DNA from: Naegleria gruberi
Lineage: Eukaryota
Strand: one strand, 5' to 3'
Assembly (NCBI GenBank): GCA_000004985.1
Contig: GG738860.1
DNA: 64,000 bases
The position numbers and the translations under genes were made by a program. This document shows, piece after piece, positions 54,983-64,000 of the stretch (positions within the stretch are counted from its first letter, which is position 1; each line of letters opens with the position of its first letter). The notes under the pieces are model-generated. The model saw only the letters and a program-made list of their open reading frames with translations. It had not been told where the DNA came from and ran no database searches.

Positions 54983-55100
54983 GCTACGGCCATATCACGA
55001 TGAATGCACCTCATCCCGTCCGATTTGAGAAGTTAAGCATCGTCGAGCCACATCAGTACTGAGGTTGGAGACAACTTGGGAACCTGTGGTGCTGTAGTCT
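54983..55100 (+). rRNA. 5S ribosomal RNA gene
   Basis: The sequence GGCTACGGCCATATCACGATGAATGCACCTCATCCCGTCCGATTTGAGAAGTTAAGCATCGTCGAGCCACATCAGTACTGAGGTTGGAGACAACTTGGGAACCTGTGGTGCTGTAGTCT matches the universal 5S blocks (ACGGCCATA, CATCCCGTCCGAT, GAAGTTAAGC, GTACT, GGGAA...GGTGCTGTAG). The ends pair to form helix I, and a T-run lies downstream. Confidence 0.8.
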
Positions 55101-55617
55101 ATTTAAATTCAACTTTTTAGATGTCGATTTTCAGAACAATTTGAAAGTTCAATAAACTTGTGAATAATTAATGCTTCAAAGCTTATAAAAAGTTTAACCA
55201 CAATTATTAATAGATTTTAAATTAATTGAATACATAGAGAGATCAACATTCATCATTCCATAGCAATCACACTGCAATCCAACAACCAAAGGTATCAGCA
55301 AAAGGCAACTTATGGGTTAGGGTATTCGATTGCTGTGAAGTGGGTACACTAGCTCAGTTGTCTTTTTTTCTATTTCCCAATCAATGAGTGCTTTTGGAGT
55401 ATGTTGATACATTTATTATTTACAAACTTTTTTGTTACAAATTTCAATCGAAATGCCTGAGAAATTTTTTAAAATGAAAGTGCCCAATCATTGATTATTT
55501 TCTCTATGGTTTTAAGAAATGAAACTTTGAAAATTGAATCTTAGCTAGATTACATATAATTTATCATATAATGATAAAATTAAATGTCAAATATAGGAGA
55601 TGGAGTCAAAAATTAAT

Positions 55618-55688
55618 CTCGAGTGCCGGGAATTGAACCCGGGTCGCCAGAGTGACAGTCTGGAATGCTACCACTATACCACACCCGA
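55618..55688 (-). tRNA. tRNA-Asp (anticodon GUC)
   Basis: The reverse complement is TCGGGTGTGGTATAGTGGTAGCATTCCAGACTGTCACTCTGGCGACCCGGGTTCAATTCCCGGCACTCGAG. The anticodon loop is CTGTCAC. Confidence 0.9.
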
Positions 55689-56251
55689 TTTCACATGTTG
55701 TATCACCAGTAACAGTATTTGTAGTTGTTCAAACGGATTACCATAAAAGGAACCTTAGTGTTTCTTTTTAATATAATTATACTTACATATATGTATACCT
55801 ACTGAGAATGGATCCATACAATCGATTACTCCAACGAACTAAATTTTGAATCTGCTAATTGTCAACAAATGATATTGTTAAACAAAATACAAACACTATG
55901 AAATGCACAACTTCATTCTAAACATTGTATTAGAAAAATTGGAAATAGGAAAGAATCGGTAAAATTGTCTCATAGTGATTCTCTCTTGTTTATGGCCATA
56001 AATACTTTTTTGGACAGTTTCGTATGAAATTGGGTTTTGTAATATTTATTTTCTATGACATGTCATGCATAATTTCTTGTACTTGCCATCTCAATGGCAC
56101 ACAAGGGTCACAACAAATTTTTTCTTCAAGAGGCACCACCTCCTTCTTGCTTGTTATTTCCAAATTTAAACTATGCGTGCTGTCAATAAACTGAAAAGCA
56201 AATGTCAAATGTTTTCTCTTCATCGCTTAAAAAAACAAACACACAATAACA

Positions 56252-59200
56252 ATGGCAATTGGAATCTCGTTCATTCCTTTGGCTAGTTACACAATTTTGT
56301 GTATTATCATGCTAATTGTTGTTGGTGGTGGACATGTTTCGTCAACATTAGCTGAAGAAACTAAACCTTTCCCAGTAATGAGAATGTTTAATTTGAAAGC
56401 AAGCCATCATTCCACCTCCACAACAAGTGATGATTCCATCTCCATGGTTTTAGGAAAGATTAAACAACTTCCTTTCATCCCAACTACCATGCACCCATTC
56501 ACCAGCAATTCCCAATTGACCAAAGCAATCGCTTCAGATCCTTACGATTTGGCTGAATATCCTCACTATAAGAAAGTCTCTGAACAACAAGTTAGAAGCA
56601 TGTACTCTAATATTGTCAATAGCAAAGCATCTAAAAGAAGTATCAAGAAAAATCTTGACATGTTGGTTACAGAAAGTGTTGATTATGTCAACTTGAATGA
56701 TGTTTCTCGTTTTTCAGCAATGGGATCTTTGCATAGATATTCTGTTGATGCAAATGTTTTATCAGGTGTTGCTTCATTGGATTATGAGCAAAATGTATGG
56801 GATGTCACATGTTCTGTCCTGTCAGATGAACAAACTGAAATTGTTGTTGATTTTGCAAATGGTCATACAACTGCCATGAAATGGGTACCAGGTACAAGAA
56901 TTATCATTGGAAAGCAATGGAATTGTTATGGTGATTTGACTGATCAACTTTACAATAAGGATCAAGCAAGATTTTACTTGATTTTGACAAGATCTATTAT
57001 CGTAACAGATGAAAACATGTTGAGAATTAAATTCCTCACACAACCACTCACCTTCTCTCAATTATTTATGAATGGTAGAGTTGAATATTCTTCCACACCT
57101 CTCTTGACAGAATCTTTGGACGAAACTAATGTTTTCACTCAAGGTGCATCTTCAAGAAGTCTCAGATCAAGAAAGGCACAATTTTCTTACACTAAAAGAA
57201 TGGCAGCATTCAATTTCAATTACAATGATGCAACTGGTCAACCTGTCAATGATGAAGTTACCATGTATGATCAGGATGGTTTGAAAATTATTTGTGAAAA
57301 GTGTTATGCTTATTTGAATACCGAATTCAGAGTAGAATTTGAGTTTTCATGGACTCAATTACAAGTTACCAAGGCAGAAGCATCTGTCGGTGGTCAATGG
57401 AAGGCAACTGCCAATGTCAAGGCCAGTATTACAAAATCTTTCCAAAAAAAGATTGGTCCAAACACTATTATTCAAACTCCACCAATTGGTTTGACATTCT
57501 TCATTTGGGTAATTCCAGTTTATGTAGATTTCACTCCAAAACTTCAATATTCCTTCAATTTCCAATTGACTGGTACTTTGGAATATTCCAGAAAGTTTGA
57601 TATGGCCTATGAGAAGTATATTGGTTTCTCATATACACCAGAAGCAGGTTATAATAAGGTTACTAGAGGTGATGATGCCATTTCCTTCACAAGTTCTTCA
57701 CCTGGTCTTCGTATTGAGCTCGATGGGTCAATTGAGGTTGCACTCATTCCAGCATTGGATATTACTTTCTATAAATTGGCAACAGTTTCGATTGGAATTG
57801 TGCCATCTTTGAAAGCAGATTTACATGCAGAAGGTATCATTTCCTCACTTGATAATTACAAGGCATTCGTTAGTGTCAAATGTTCTTACAAGATTGGTTT
57901 GACATTTGATGTTTTAATCAAGAACTTTGAATTTACTTTATTAGATTATCAACCAATTGAAAAATTGAGTGGAACCTATTCCATCCAATCAGCATCCTAC
58001 AAGGCAATCAATCCAAATGATCAAATCTATTCCAAAGATAATTTACTCCCAACCATTCCAGACACAGCAACAACTTCCAACACCATGTTCTCATTCGAAA
58101 TTAGTGGATTGACAGGTAATTACTACATGGAATATCAATATCAAGATATCAAATTGAGCCCATTGCTATACAGAACTGCACCAACTCAATCCTGTGTTTC
58201 AGGTTCTGTCTGTAAAATTGCCGAATTGAAACCTGACTTTAGTTATTCCTATCTTTACTTTAGATTTTTGAAGGATGTTCCATTGTGGTTTGATGATACT
58301 GTATTGGTGGATTATATTGAGCAGAAGAATTATGTTACTACTCAATCGAGTCAAACCATATTTGGTAATACTAATGCTAAAGTTATTGTAAAGCCAACTG
58401 ATTTGACAATTTCATTTTCGAATACTCCAACTAATTCGTTTAAATTACCAACTGGTATTAGTACTATTAATGTAAAATTATCTCCAATCAATAGTTTGTA
58501 TTACATTTCATTTACAACAGATAGTGCCATTTCCATCACAAACGTTGCCATGCAATTTAGCTCAGATTCGAATGGTTTCCATTATGCTTTCAATGGAACT
58601 CTTCCTGGAGGTACAATTTTAATTTCAAATTCTGTTTCTGACAATAATTTGAAATTCCATCAATATTTCTCATTTGATTTGACAAAGGAGAAACAAACTT
58701 TAACTCCGGCACCAACTCCTATTACAAGTATGAATGCTATTAGTTCATTCCTACAAGTGGTAAAGAAGAATTCTCCAAGATATGCCGTCTCTGCAAAGAT
58801 TAAAGGTAATTTCGTTGTCATGATCTTTGAAGGTTGGGACAATGGAGTTTCTTTCGTTCAAACTAAAGGAAGAAAGTTTAGTCAAACCTCAATTCCTATT
58901 AAGAATGGAAATGTCACTCTCACTGAGCCATTATCTTATTACTGGACTATTTCCATGGAAAATGACTTTGGTTCATCGAGTCATTACATTGCAGCTCAAT
59001 TCCTTCCTGTTGATTCGTATGGTTTCATATTGGAAAGTGTCAAGATTGATCCATATACTGAATTGAGTGTTTCAAGTTCTAATACTTTGGAGGATGTAGA
59101 CAATGCCATTATTAATCAAGTTTCTAGCGTTAATTTGTATCCTTACATGGCAGTTTCTAGACCAGATTCGAATAGTTTCACTGCCAGATTAGGTAACTCT

Positions 59201-60610
59201 GTATTTGATGTTTTTAACAATTTAAAGTCTCAAATCTCACTTTCCATTCAAAAATCTGCTCGTATCCCCATTGACAATTCCTATCTCAACGCCGACGGCT
59301 CATTAGCTCTTTCACTTTCCTCCTCAGCCAACGTTACAATCTTTAACAATTACAAATTATTGAATGGTATGGCATCTGTTGGAAAGAAATTCGAAAGTGC
59401 ACTTTCATTTGCAGTTTCATGTGATACCTTATTGAGTGTTATTGGTGATTTGAGTAGATCTGGTGATATTTTCATTAGAATTTTGGATGGGTTGACCAAT
59501 AGAGCTCTTGAAAATAGAGGATTTTCCATTAGTTTGGAATTGGCAAAACCAAACTCTGATATAGTTTCAATTCATATGGTTAATTCCAAATCTGGTTTGA
59601 ATGAGGCATTGTTTAATGTTGATTCACCTTCTAAAATCTTGAGTTCATGCAATTCGAATCCAACCTATTATGTCAGAGTTATTCTCACACGTTTGGATGT
59701 TTCTCTCTCAAGTAAGACAGTTCAAGTAGAATTCTCGTTCAGTAAGAAGGTTCTTAGCACTCTCCCACAAACAAGAAGTATTCTATCCGAATCCATTGAT
59801 CCAAAGACGAAAGGTATTTCCATTTTGGATTTGAGTGATTTAATTCAAAAAGAAAAGAGTTTGGGAAGTATTGGTATTGTATTGCAAGCTAATACTCAAA
59901 ACTGCAATATTGACATGTATATTAATAGTAATAATGCAAGTGCTCCTCCATCTTTCTTTGATCCAGCAACAATATTCGATTCCACTTCAAGAAATTCCCT
60001 CACTTATGAAGCATTGCCAATTTCCTTCCTTTCTTCATATGGTTCCAGTGTCATGCTTTATTCTGAAAGTGCATGTACTTTTGATTTATCCTATTCTCAA
60101 TTGAAACTTACCTATTTGACAATGAAATTTATAGATTTGAAGGGAAGTGCAGTTGATAGTGTGATTTTCTATTCAAACACCTCAACAACCATTCAATTAC
60201 TTATCAATGATGAAAATCATTCATTCGAAAAGACTTGGGTAACTTCACTTCAATCAAATCCATCATTGATTTTCTCAATTTTCAAATCTACAAAGAAATC
60301 AGATGGAACAGCAGCTAAATTGAGTGATTATTTCAAGAGTGCTGTTTGTAATTTAGTTAATGCTCAAACTCTTCAATTCGAAATGATTCCAAAGAGTGGA
60401 GTTGTCTTTACCAATATTTTATCAATTGAATTCAATGCTCAAAATTCAATGTTCACATCAAGATATAATTTGAGATCATCAAATGTTGTTAGTTTGGGAG
60501 AGAATGTTCAACCTATTGTTTACAAATCTACATCTTCTGGTCAACCAAAGGGAGGACAATCTGGAAGAATGAATGGAGGAAATGGCTTGAATTTGTTGTT
60601 GGTTTGTTAA
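56252..60610 (+). CDS. very large (1452 aa) secreted S/T/N-rich hypothetical protein; intronless
   Basis: Real ATG, then signal peptide MAIGISFIPLASYTILCIIMLIVVGGG. The ORF is uninterrupted for 4.36 kb, with no recognisable domains. Confidence 0.6.
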   Translation: MAIGISFIPLASYTILCIIMLIVVGGGHVSSTLAEETKPFPVMRMFNLKASHHSTSTTSDDSISMVLGKIKQLPFIPTTMHPFTSNSQLTKAIASDPYDLAEYPHYKKVSEQQVRSMYSNIVNSKASKRSIKKNLDMLVTESVDYVNLNDVSRFSAMGSLHRYSVDANVLSGVASLDYEQNVWDVTCSVLSDEQTEIVVDFANGHTTAMKWVPGTRIIIGKQWNCYGDLTDQLYNKDQARFYLILTRSIIVTDENMLRIKFLTQPLTFSQLFMNGRVEYSSTPLLTESLDETNVFTQGASSRSLRSRKAQFSYTKRMAAFNFNYNDATGQPVNDEVTMYDQDGLKIICEKCYAYLNTEFRVEFEFSWTQLQVTKAEASVGGQWKATANVKASITKSFQKKIGPNTIIQTPPIGLTFFIWVIPVYVDFTPKLQYSFNFQLTGTLEYSRKFDMAYEKYIGFSYTPEAGYNKVTRGDDAISFTSSSPGLRIELDGSIEVALIPALDITFYKLATVSIGIVPSLKADLHAEGIISSLDNYKAFVSVKCSYKIGLTFDVLIKNFEFTLLDYQPIEKLSGTYSIQSASYKAINPNDQIYSKDNLLPTIPDTATTSNTMFSFEISGLTGNYYMEYQYQDIKLSPLLYRTAPTQSCVSGSVCKIAELKPDFSYSYLYFRFLKDVPLWFDDTVLVDYIEQKNYVTTQSSQTIFGNTNAKVIVKPTDLTISFSNTPTNSFKLPTGISTINVKLSPINSLYYISFTTDSAISITNVAMQFSSDSNGFHYAFNGTLPGGTILISNSVSDNNLKFHQYFSFDLTKEKQTLTPAPTPITSMNAISSFLQVVKKNSPRYAVSAKIKGNFVVMIFEGWDNGVSFVQTKGRKFSQTSIPIKNGNVTLTEPLSYYWTISMENDFGSSSHYIAAQFLPVDSYGFILESVKIDPYTELSVSSSNTLEDVDNAIINQVSSVNLYPYMAVSRPDSNSFTARLGNSVFDVFNNLKSQISLSIQKSARIPIDNSYLNADGSLALSLSSSANVTIFNNYKLLNGMASVGKKFESALSFAVSCDTLLSVIGDLSRSGDIFIRILDGLTNRALENRGFSISLELAKPNSDIVSIHMVNSKSGLNEALFNVDSPSKILSSCNSNPTYYVRVILTRLDVSLSSKTVQVEFSFSKKVLSTLPQTRSILSESIDPKTKGISILDLSDLIQKEKSLGSIGIVLQANTQNCNIDMYINSNNASAPPSFFDPATIFDSTSRNSLTYEALPISFLSSYGSSVMLYSESACTFDLSYSQLKLTYLTMKFIDLKGSAVDSVIFYSNTSTTIQLLINDENHSFEKTWVTSLQSNPSLIFSIFKSTKKSDGTAAKLSDYFKSAVCNLVNAQTLQFEMIPKSGVVFTNILSIEFNAQNSMFTSRYNLRSSNVVSLGENVQPIVYKSTSSGQPKGGQSGRMNGGNGLNLLLVC

Positions 60611-60789
60611 TGACAATCTTGTTGAATATTGTTTTATTGTTGTAATTGAATAAAAACTTCATCTATTCATTGAATGATCATTGTGTATTAATGAATAATA
60701 ATAATTAATATTGAATTTAAATTGAAACACGGAAATGAAATTCTAAGATAGTAATTCCGAATACAAAAACAAAGAAAGACAAAACAAAA

Positions 60790-60870
60790 CGTTGAGGATG
60801 GGATTCGAACCCACGCGGATTACTCCACCAACTTAGCAGGCTGGCGCCTTAACCACTCGGCCACCTCAAC
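60790..60870 (-). tRNA. tRNA-Ser (anticodon GCU), class II with long variable arm
   Basis: The reverse complement is GTTGAGGTGGCCGAGTGGTTAAGGCGCCAGCCTGCTAAGTTGGTGGAGTAATCCGCGTGGGTTCGAATCCCATCCTCAACG. The Ser-type D-loop (GGCCGAGTGGTTAAGGC), anticodon loop CTGCTAA and a long variable arm are all present. Confidence 0.85.
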
Positions 60871-61154
60871 TTCATGGCTAAACTAAGAAAATACTAAAGT
60901 CATGGTACGACAATCAAACCCTTAATGAACAGCTTCTTTTTCGTATCAACTGTTGAGGTGTTATTGGTTAGATTGTTTAATTGTTCAATACTGATTTAAG
61001 CTGTTTCTTAGGAGTATCACTTATCTTTCATTTGGTGGCCAAAGAATCTGTGTTCAACATACTGCTATAGATTAGATTCAGCCATTCAAATTTCAACAAA
61101 AGAAAGTATTGATTGATACCTCCGATTTCAGATAATATTTAATAAATTGCTGTT

Positions 61155-61811
61155 TTATTGAAGAACCTTCCCACAAGTCAACATGGAATGATCTTTACAA
61201 ACATTAGTTCGTCCATTCAAACTATACGTAAAACTATTAGCACTGCAACTTTCATCCTTCAAATAATAAGACCTTGTCCAAGTTGTTTGATTGCAGGAAA
61301 CCCTTTCGAATTCCTTTCCAGTAACTTGTTCACAATAATTTACATCTTCTCCAGCAATTGAAACCAAATTCCCAGAACAACTATTCTCTGCATCTATATA
61401 TTCAAATGAATAGGTGTACAATAAAGGAACTACAAGTTGTGGAATATTTCCACATCCGACATTTTGCATTCCACATTCATTCTTGTGAAATTTCCAATCG
61501 TAGACAGCATCACAATATTGGCAGTTACTGTCTACACAGTATGTATAGATGGTGGCTGAATCCTTTCCACAAACTGCCTTCATGTATTTGAAATGGGATG
61601 AGCTTTCAAAGTTTTGGAAACAAGTTCCATTTTGTCCATAAACAGGATAGATTTCAATAGCTGAAATAGATTGTTGATTGCATGAATTATCATGGTAGTA
61701 GATGGAGTAGGCGAAAGTGGTTGGTTTTTCGAGGGGTTGTTTTGCATGCAAGAAGGAAATGATTGCAAGAATGATGAAGAAGGTACAGAGGGAATAGTTT
61801 AGTTTCATCAT
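61155..61811 (-). CDS. secreted cysteine-rich hypothetical protein
   Basis: The first ATG gives MMKLNYSLCTFFIILAIISFLHA (a signal peptide). About 20 Cys residues are spaced regularly through the protein. The ORF-track start at 61820 is a TTG. Confidence 0.5.
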   Translation of the reverse strand: MMKLNYSLCTFFIILAIISFLHAKQPLEKPTTFAYSIYYHDNSCNQQSISAIEIYPVYGQNGTCFQNFESSSHFKYMKAVCGKDSATIYTYCVDSNCQYCDAVYDWKFHKNECGMQNVGCGNIPQLVVPLLYTYSFEYIDAENSCSGNLVSIAGEDVNYCEQVTGKEFERVSCNQTTWTRSYYLKDESCSANSFTYSLNGRTNVCKDHSMLTCGKVLQ

Positions 61812-62569
61812 TTTTTTCAAGTACTGATGTTCATCTACGCCAAATTAGCAAATATGTGTTCGAATGCCAAATCATGTCCTTCCTTATCATCTCCGTAGAA
61901 GAAGAGGTGTTTTGAAATAATGTCCATGCACAACCACATAGTGGTTCTATTTACGACGAATACCAAGCTTCTTTAACGAATATCCTTGCGAAGAGAAAGT
62001 TATAAATATTACAATACATCATCGCTTCAAAGGGGTTGTGCTTGCTGATATTGAATGATGTTGTATTATTGTCTTGTTGTTGTTACTCCGTTCATTGTCC
62101 ACAGTCAGGAAAAGTATTATAAATTTTTTTCTATATTATTAAATTATTATTTTGACAAAGAGGAGCAAGCAGGAACGAAACAAAACCAACAAAATGTATT
62201 CAATTTAATTGTTCAGGGTAAAGAAGAAAGAAAATTACTTGATATTGATTTTGACTTTTTTATTTAAATGTTTTTGGATTTTTAATTTTTTAAACAAGTC
62301 ACTCTTCTAGGATTATGTAAATATCAAGTTATTGTTGTTAGACTTGATAAATCCGAGAATCATCATTGGACCTGTTCTTTCAAAGTATGAGTAAATATAT
62401 CTTGAATAGTAACTACATGTTGTGTTAAAATTTGTATAAAAACTCTACAAGTGCTTTCGCAAAGTAATCTTAAACTGTACCAGTGATATGTGAAATGAAA
62501 TGGTTAATCAACAAAGATTGTGATCAGTTTCAACACAATCTTCTCCGCATCATTTCTCTAGTTTGATGT

Positions 62570-63334
62570 TTAAGCATTGGTCAATCTAGTCTTCAAGACA
62601 CGATCTTCCAAACAAACACAAAAGCTTGGAATATTGACAGTCTTTGGAAGTGGGCTGTTAATAGCAAAACAATCCCAATCATCTTCTTCTCTATCTTCAT
62701 CATTTACCAATTCAACTTCAATTTCATCACCTCTGACAGCAATAACTTTACCCAATTTACCTTGTAATTGTGGATCGACACTTTGGAGTAAAGCCATTTC
62801 ATCATCAACATTGATGAGGACTGTATCATTCTTCTTGAGTAATCTGCTTGTATTAGTATTAGAAACAAATCTCTTAATAGTTGATGATGAAGAAATAATT
62901 GAAGCACTTCTTGTAGATTGCATCTTCTTTTGCTTGTGAATACCTCTTGCTGTTGTATTATTTGATGATTGCATCATGGACATGAAGGAAATTCCCTGAT
63001 GTGGTTTATAAGATGAGGAGTACATATCCATTGAGGAATCATTATTATTCATCATTTGGTTACCAGTGGCATTAACTCTTTTCAAGAACATTTTGTATTG
63101 CGTTGTTGTTGGTTGCGTTGTTTTTTTTCGATGTGAAAATGTCTGATCGTTTTCCATAAATTTATTGCGTTTGTGCAAGTTCCACAAGCAACTGGCTTCC
63201 GCTGCGTGTTCAAAATCGAGCTTAAAATAGAACTTCAAAAATGTTTTGCTGCATACGGAATTCGTTTGGGCGCCAAAGAATTTGATGAGTGTGGAAAAAG
63301 GATTCCGTGAGAGTGAATCTTTTCTGCAAATCAA
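62570..63334 (-). CDS. hypothetical protein (S/N-rich, acidic C-terminal region)
   Basis: 254-aa ORF with no recognised domain and an uncertain start. Coding potential rests only on ORF length and the local codon bias. Confidence 0.3.
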   Translation of the reverse strand: MICRKDSLSRNPFSTLIKFFGAQTNSVCSKTFLKFYFKLDFEHAAEASCLWNLHKRNKFMENDQTFSHRKKTTQPTTTQYKMFLKRVNATGNQMMNNNDSSMDMYSSSYKPHQGISFMSMMQSSNNTTARGIHKQKKMQSTRSASIISSSSTIKRFVSNTNTSRLLKKNDTVLINVDDEMALLQSVDPQLQGKLGKVIAVRGDEIEVELVNDEDREEDDWDCFAINSPLPKTVNIPSFCVCLEDRVLKTRLTNA

Positions 63335-64000
63335 AAAGATTGATCATCAATCTTTATGAAGCTATTACAATAATTGATTGTATTATCATTATTCAAATGA
63401 TCAACCACAAAAGATACAGTAAAGGTACCATTCCGAATATCACGACTATATGATTTGGTAAAGGTAGAGATGACTGATAGTTGAACAGCTTTCCATCTCA
63501 ACTGAAATTATCGGAAATTAATCTTCATCCAACAACATTCAATAATATTATTATTGAAAACAGTCTGCTTCATCCACTTTGAAATTAATAGAAACAACTT
63601 CTTCTACAACATTCAATATAATATTGAAAACAGCACTGCTTCATTGCCTTACTTGGTTTGGCTTCATTATAAACGCACTTTTCATTCCCTCACTAGAACT
63701 AGGGCTTTAAGGATTAGAACAGTACAACTATGGTTCATTGTTCGTGTCTCCTCTCCCTAACCTCAATAATGCAGGAATAATAATCCAACAACCAGAAGGA
63801 TAGAACATCAAGAGAAAAAAAGCTTTTGAGAAGAGATGAATTATCTCCTTCAGGGATTTTCAGAAAAATCTTCATCTACTAACCAATCAATAATGAAAAA
63901 CAAGTCAAGAAAGGGGTGGAGCAATGCACTGTTCCTCCTTAACTACTTTATCATCATGATGATAATTTTACAAATATCAACCAATTACTACTGTTTGGCC

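Noticed and set aside
1-64000. First methionines reported by the ORF track, for example 28, 1707, 3876, 9051, 25468, 27222, 31611, 38288, 42903 and 61820
   Set aside because: Inspection shows these ORFs begin at TTG or GTG, which is alternative-start behaviour of the ORF caller. Real starts were reassigned to the first ATG or to upstream exons, so the track's start coordinates are not annotated as true initiation sites.
1-64000. Looked for CRISPR arrays, prophage or transposase genes, and bacterial defence-system architecture
   Set aside because: The window is eukaryotic. It has spliceosomal introns, poly-Q/N proteins, pol III genes, and F-box, ankyrin, DENN and TAPT1 genes. No direct-repeat/spacer array or prokaryotic operon structure is present.

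Overview
This window is a gene-dense, AT-rich eukaryotic nuclear locus, and the best guess is a dictyostelid social amoeba (Amoebozoa). Supporting evidence: short GT..AG introns of roughly 40-330 nt, Q/N/S-rich low-complexity tracts, a trfA/Ssn6-like TPR protein, an ACG-like sensor cyclase, F-box/LRR proteins, and two 50-N scaffold gaps. It is not a prokaryotic island; no CRISPR array or phage-like mobile element was found.

About 30 protein-coding genes lie on both strands. Several are multi-exon: glutamine-dependent NAD+ synthetase, a mitochondrial carrier, a TAPT1 homolog, a DENN-domain protein, a G-alpha-like gene, an RGS-START gene, an Ssn6-like gene and an ACG-like cyclase. There are also five tRNA genes (Gly-GCC, Trp-CCA, Ala-UGC, Asp-GUC, Ser-GCU) and a dispersed 5S rRNA gene.

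The most unusual items are:
- a G-protein alpha domain fused to an F-box and LRR region, with the catalytic switch-I arginine lost;
- a divergent tandem di-ubiquitin;
- a two-TM ACG-like sensor nucleotidyl cyclase;
- an RGS-START domain combination;
- a secreted, intronless L-2-haloacid-dehalogenase-like gene, a possible horizontal acquisition;
- an Mrr/RRG7-like nuclease-fold protein;
- three convergent gene pairs whose stop codons lie within 1-5 bp of each other;
- a 51-nt intron that carries an in-frame stop codon;
- an apparent frameshift in a GH clan-A glycosidase gene.

Two caveats apply throughout. The supplied ORF track uses alternative start codons (TTG/GTG), so several first-M positions are not real ATGs. 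Splice-junction coordinates were read by eye and are good only to about +/-2 nt.
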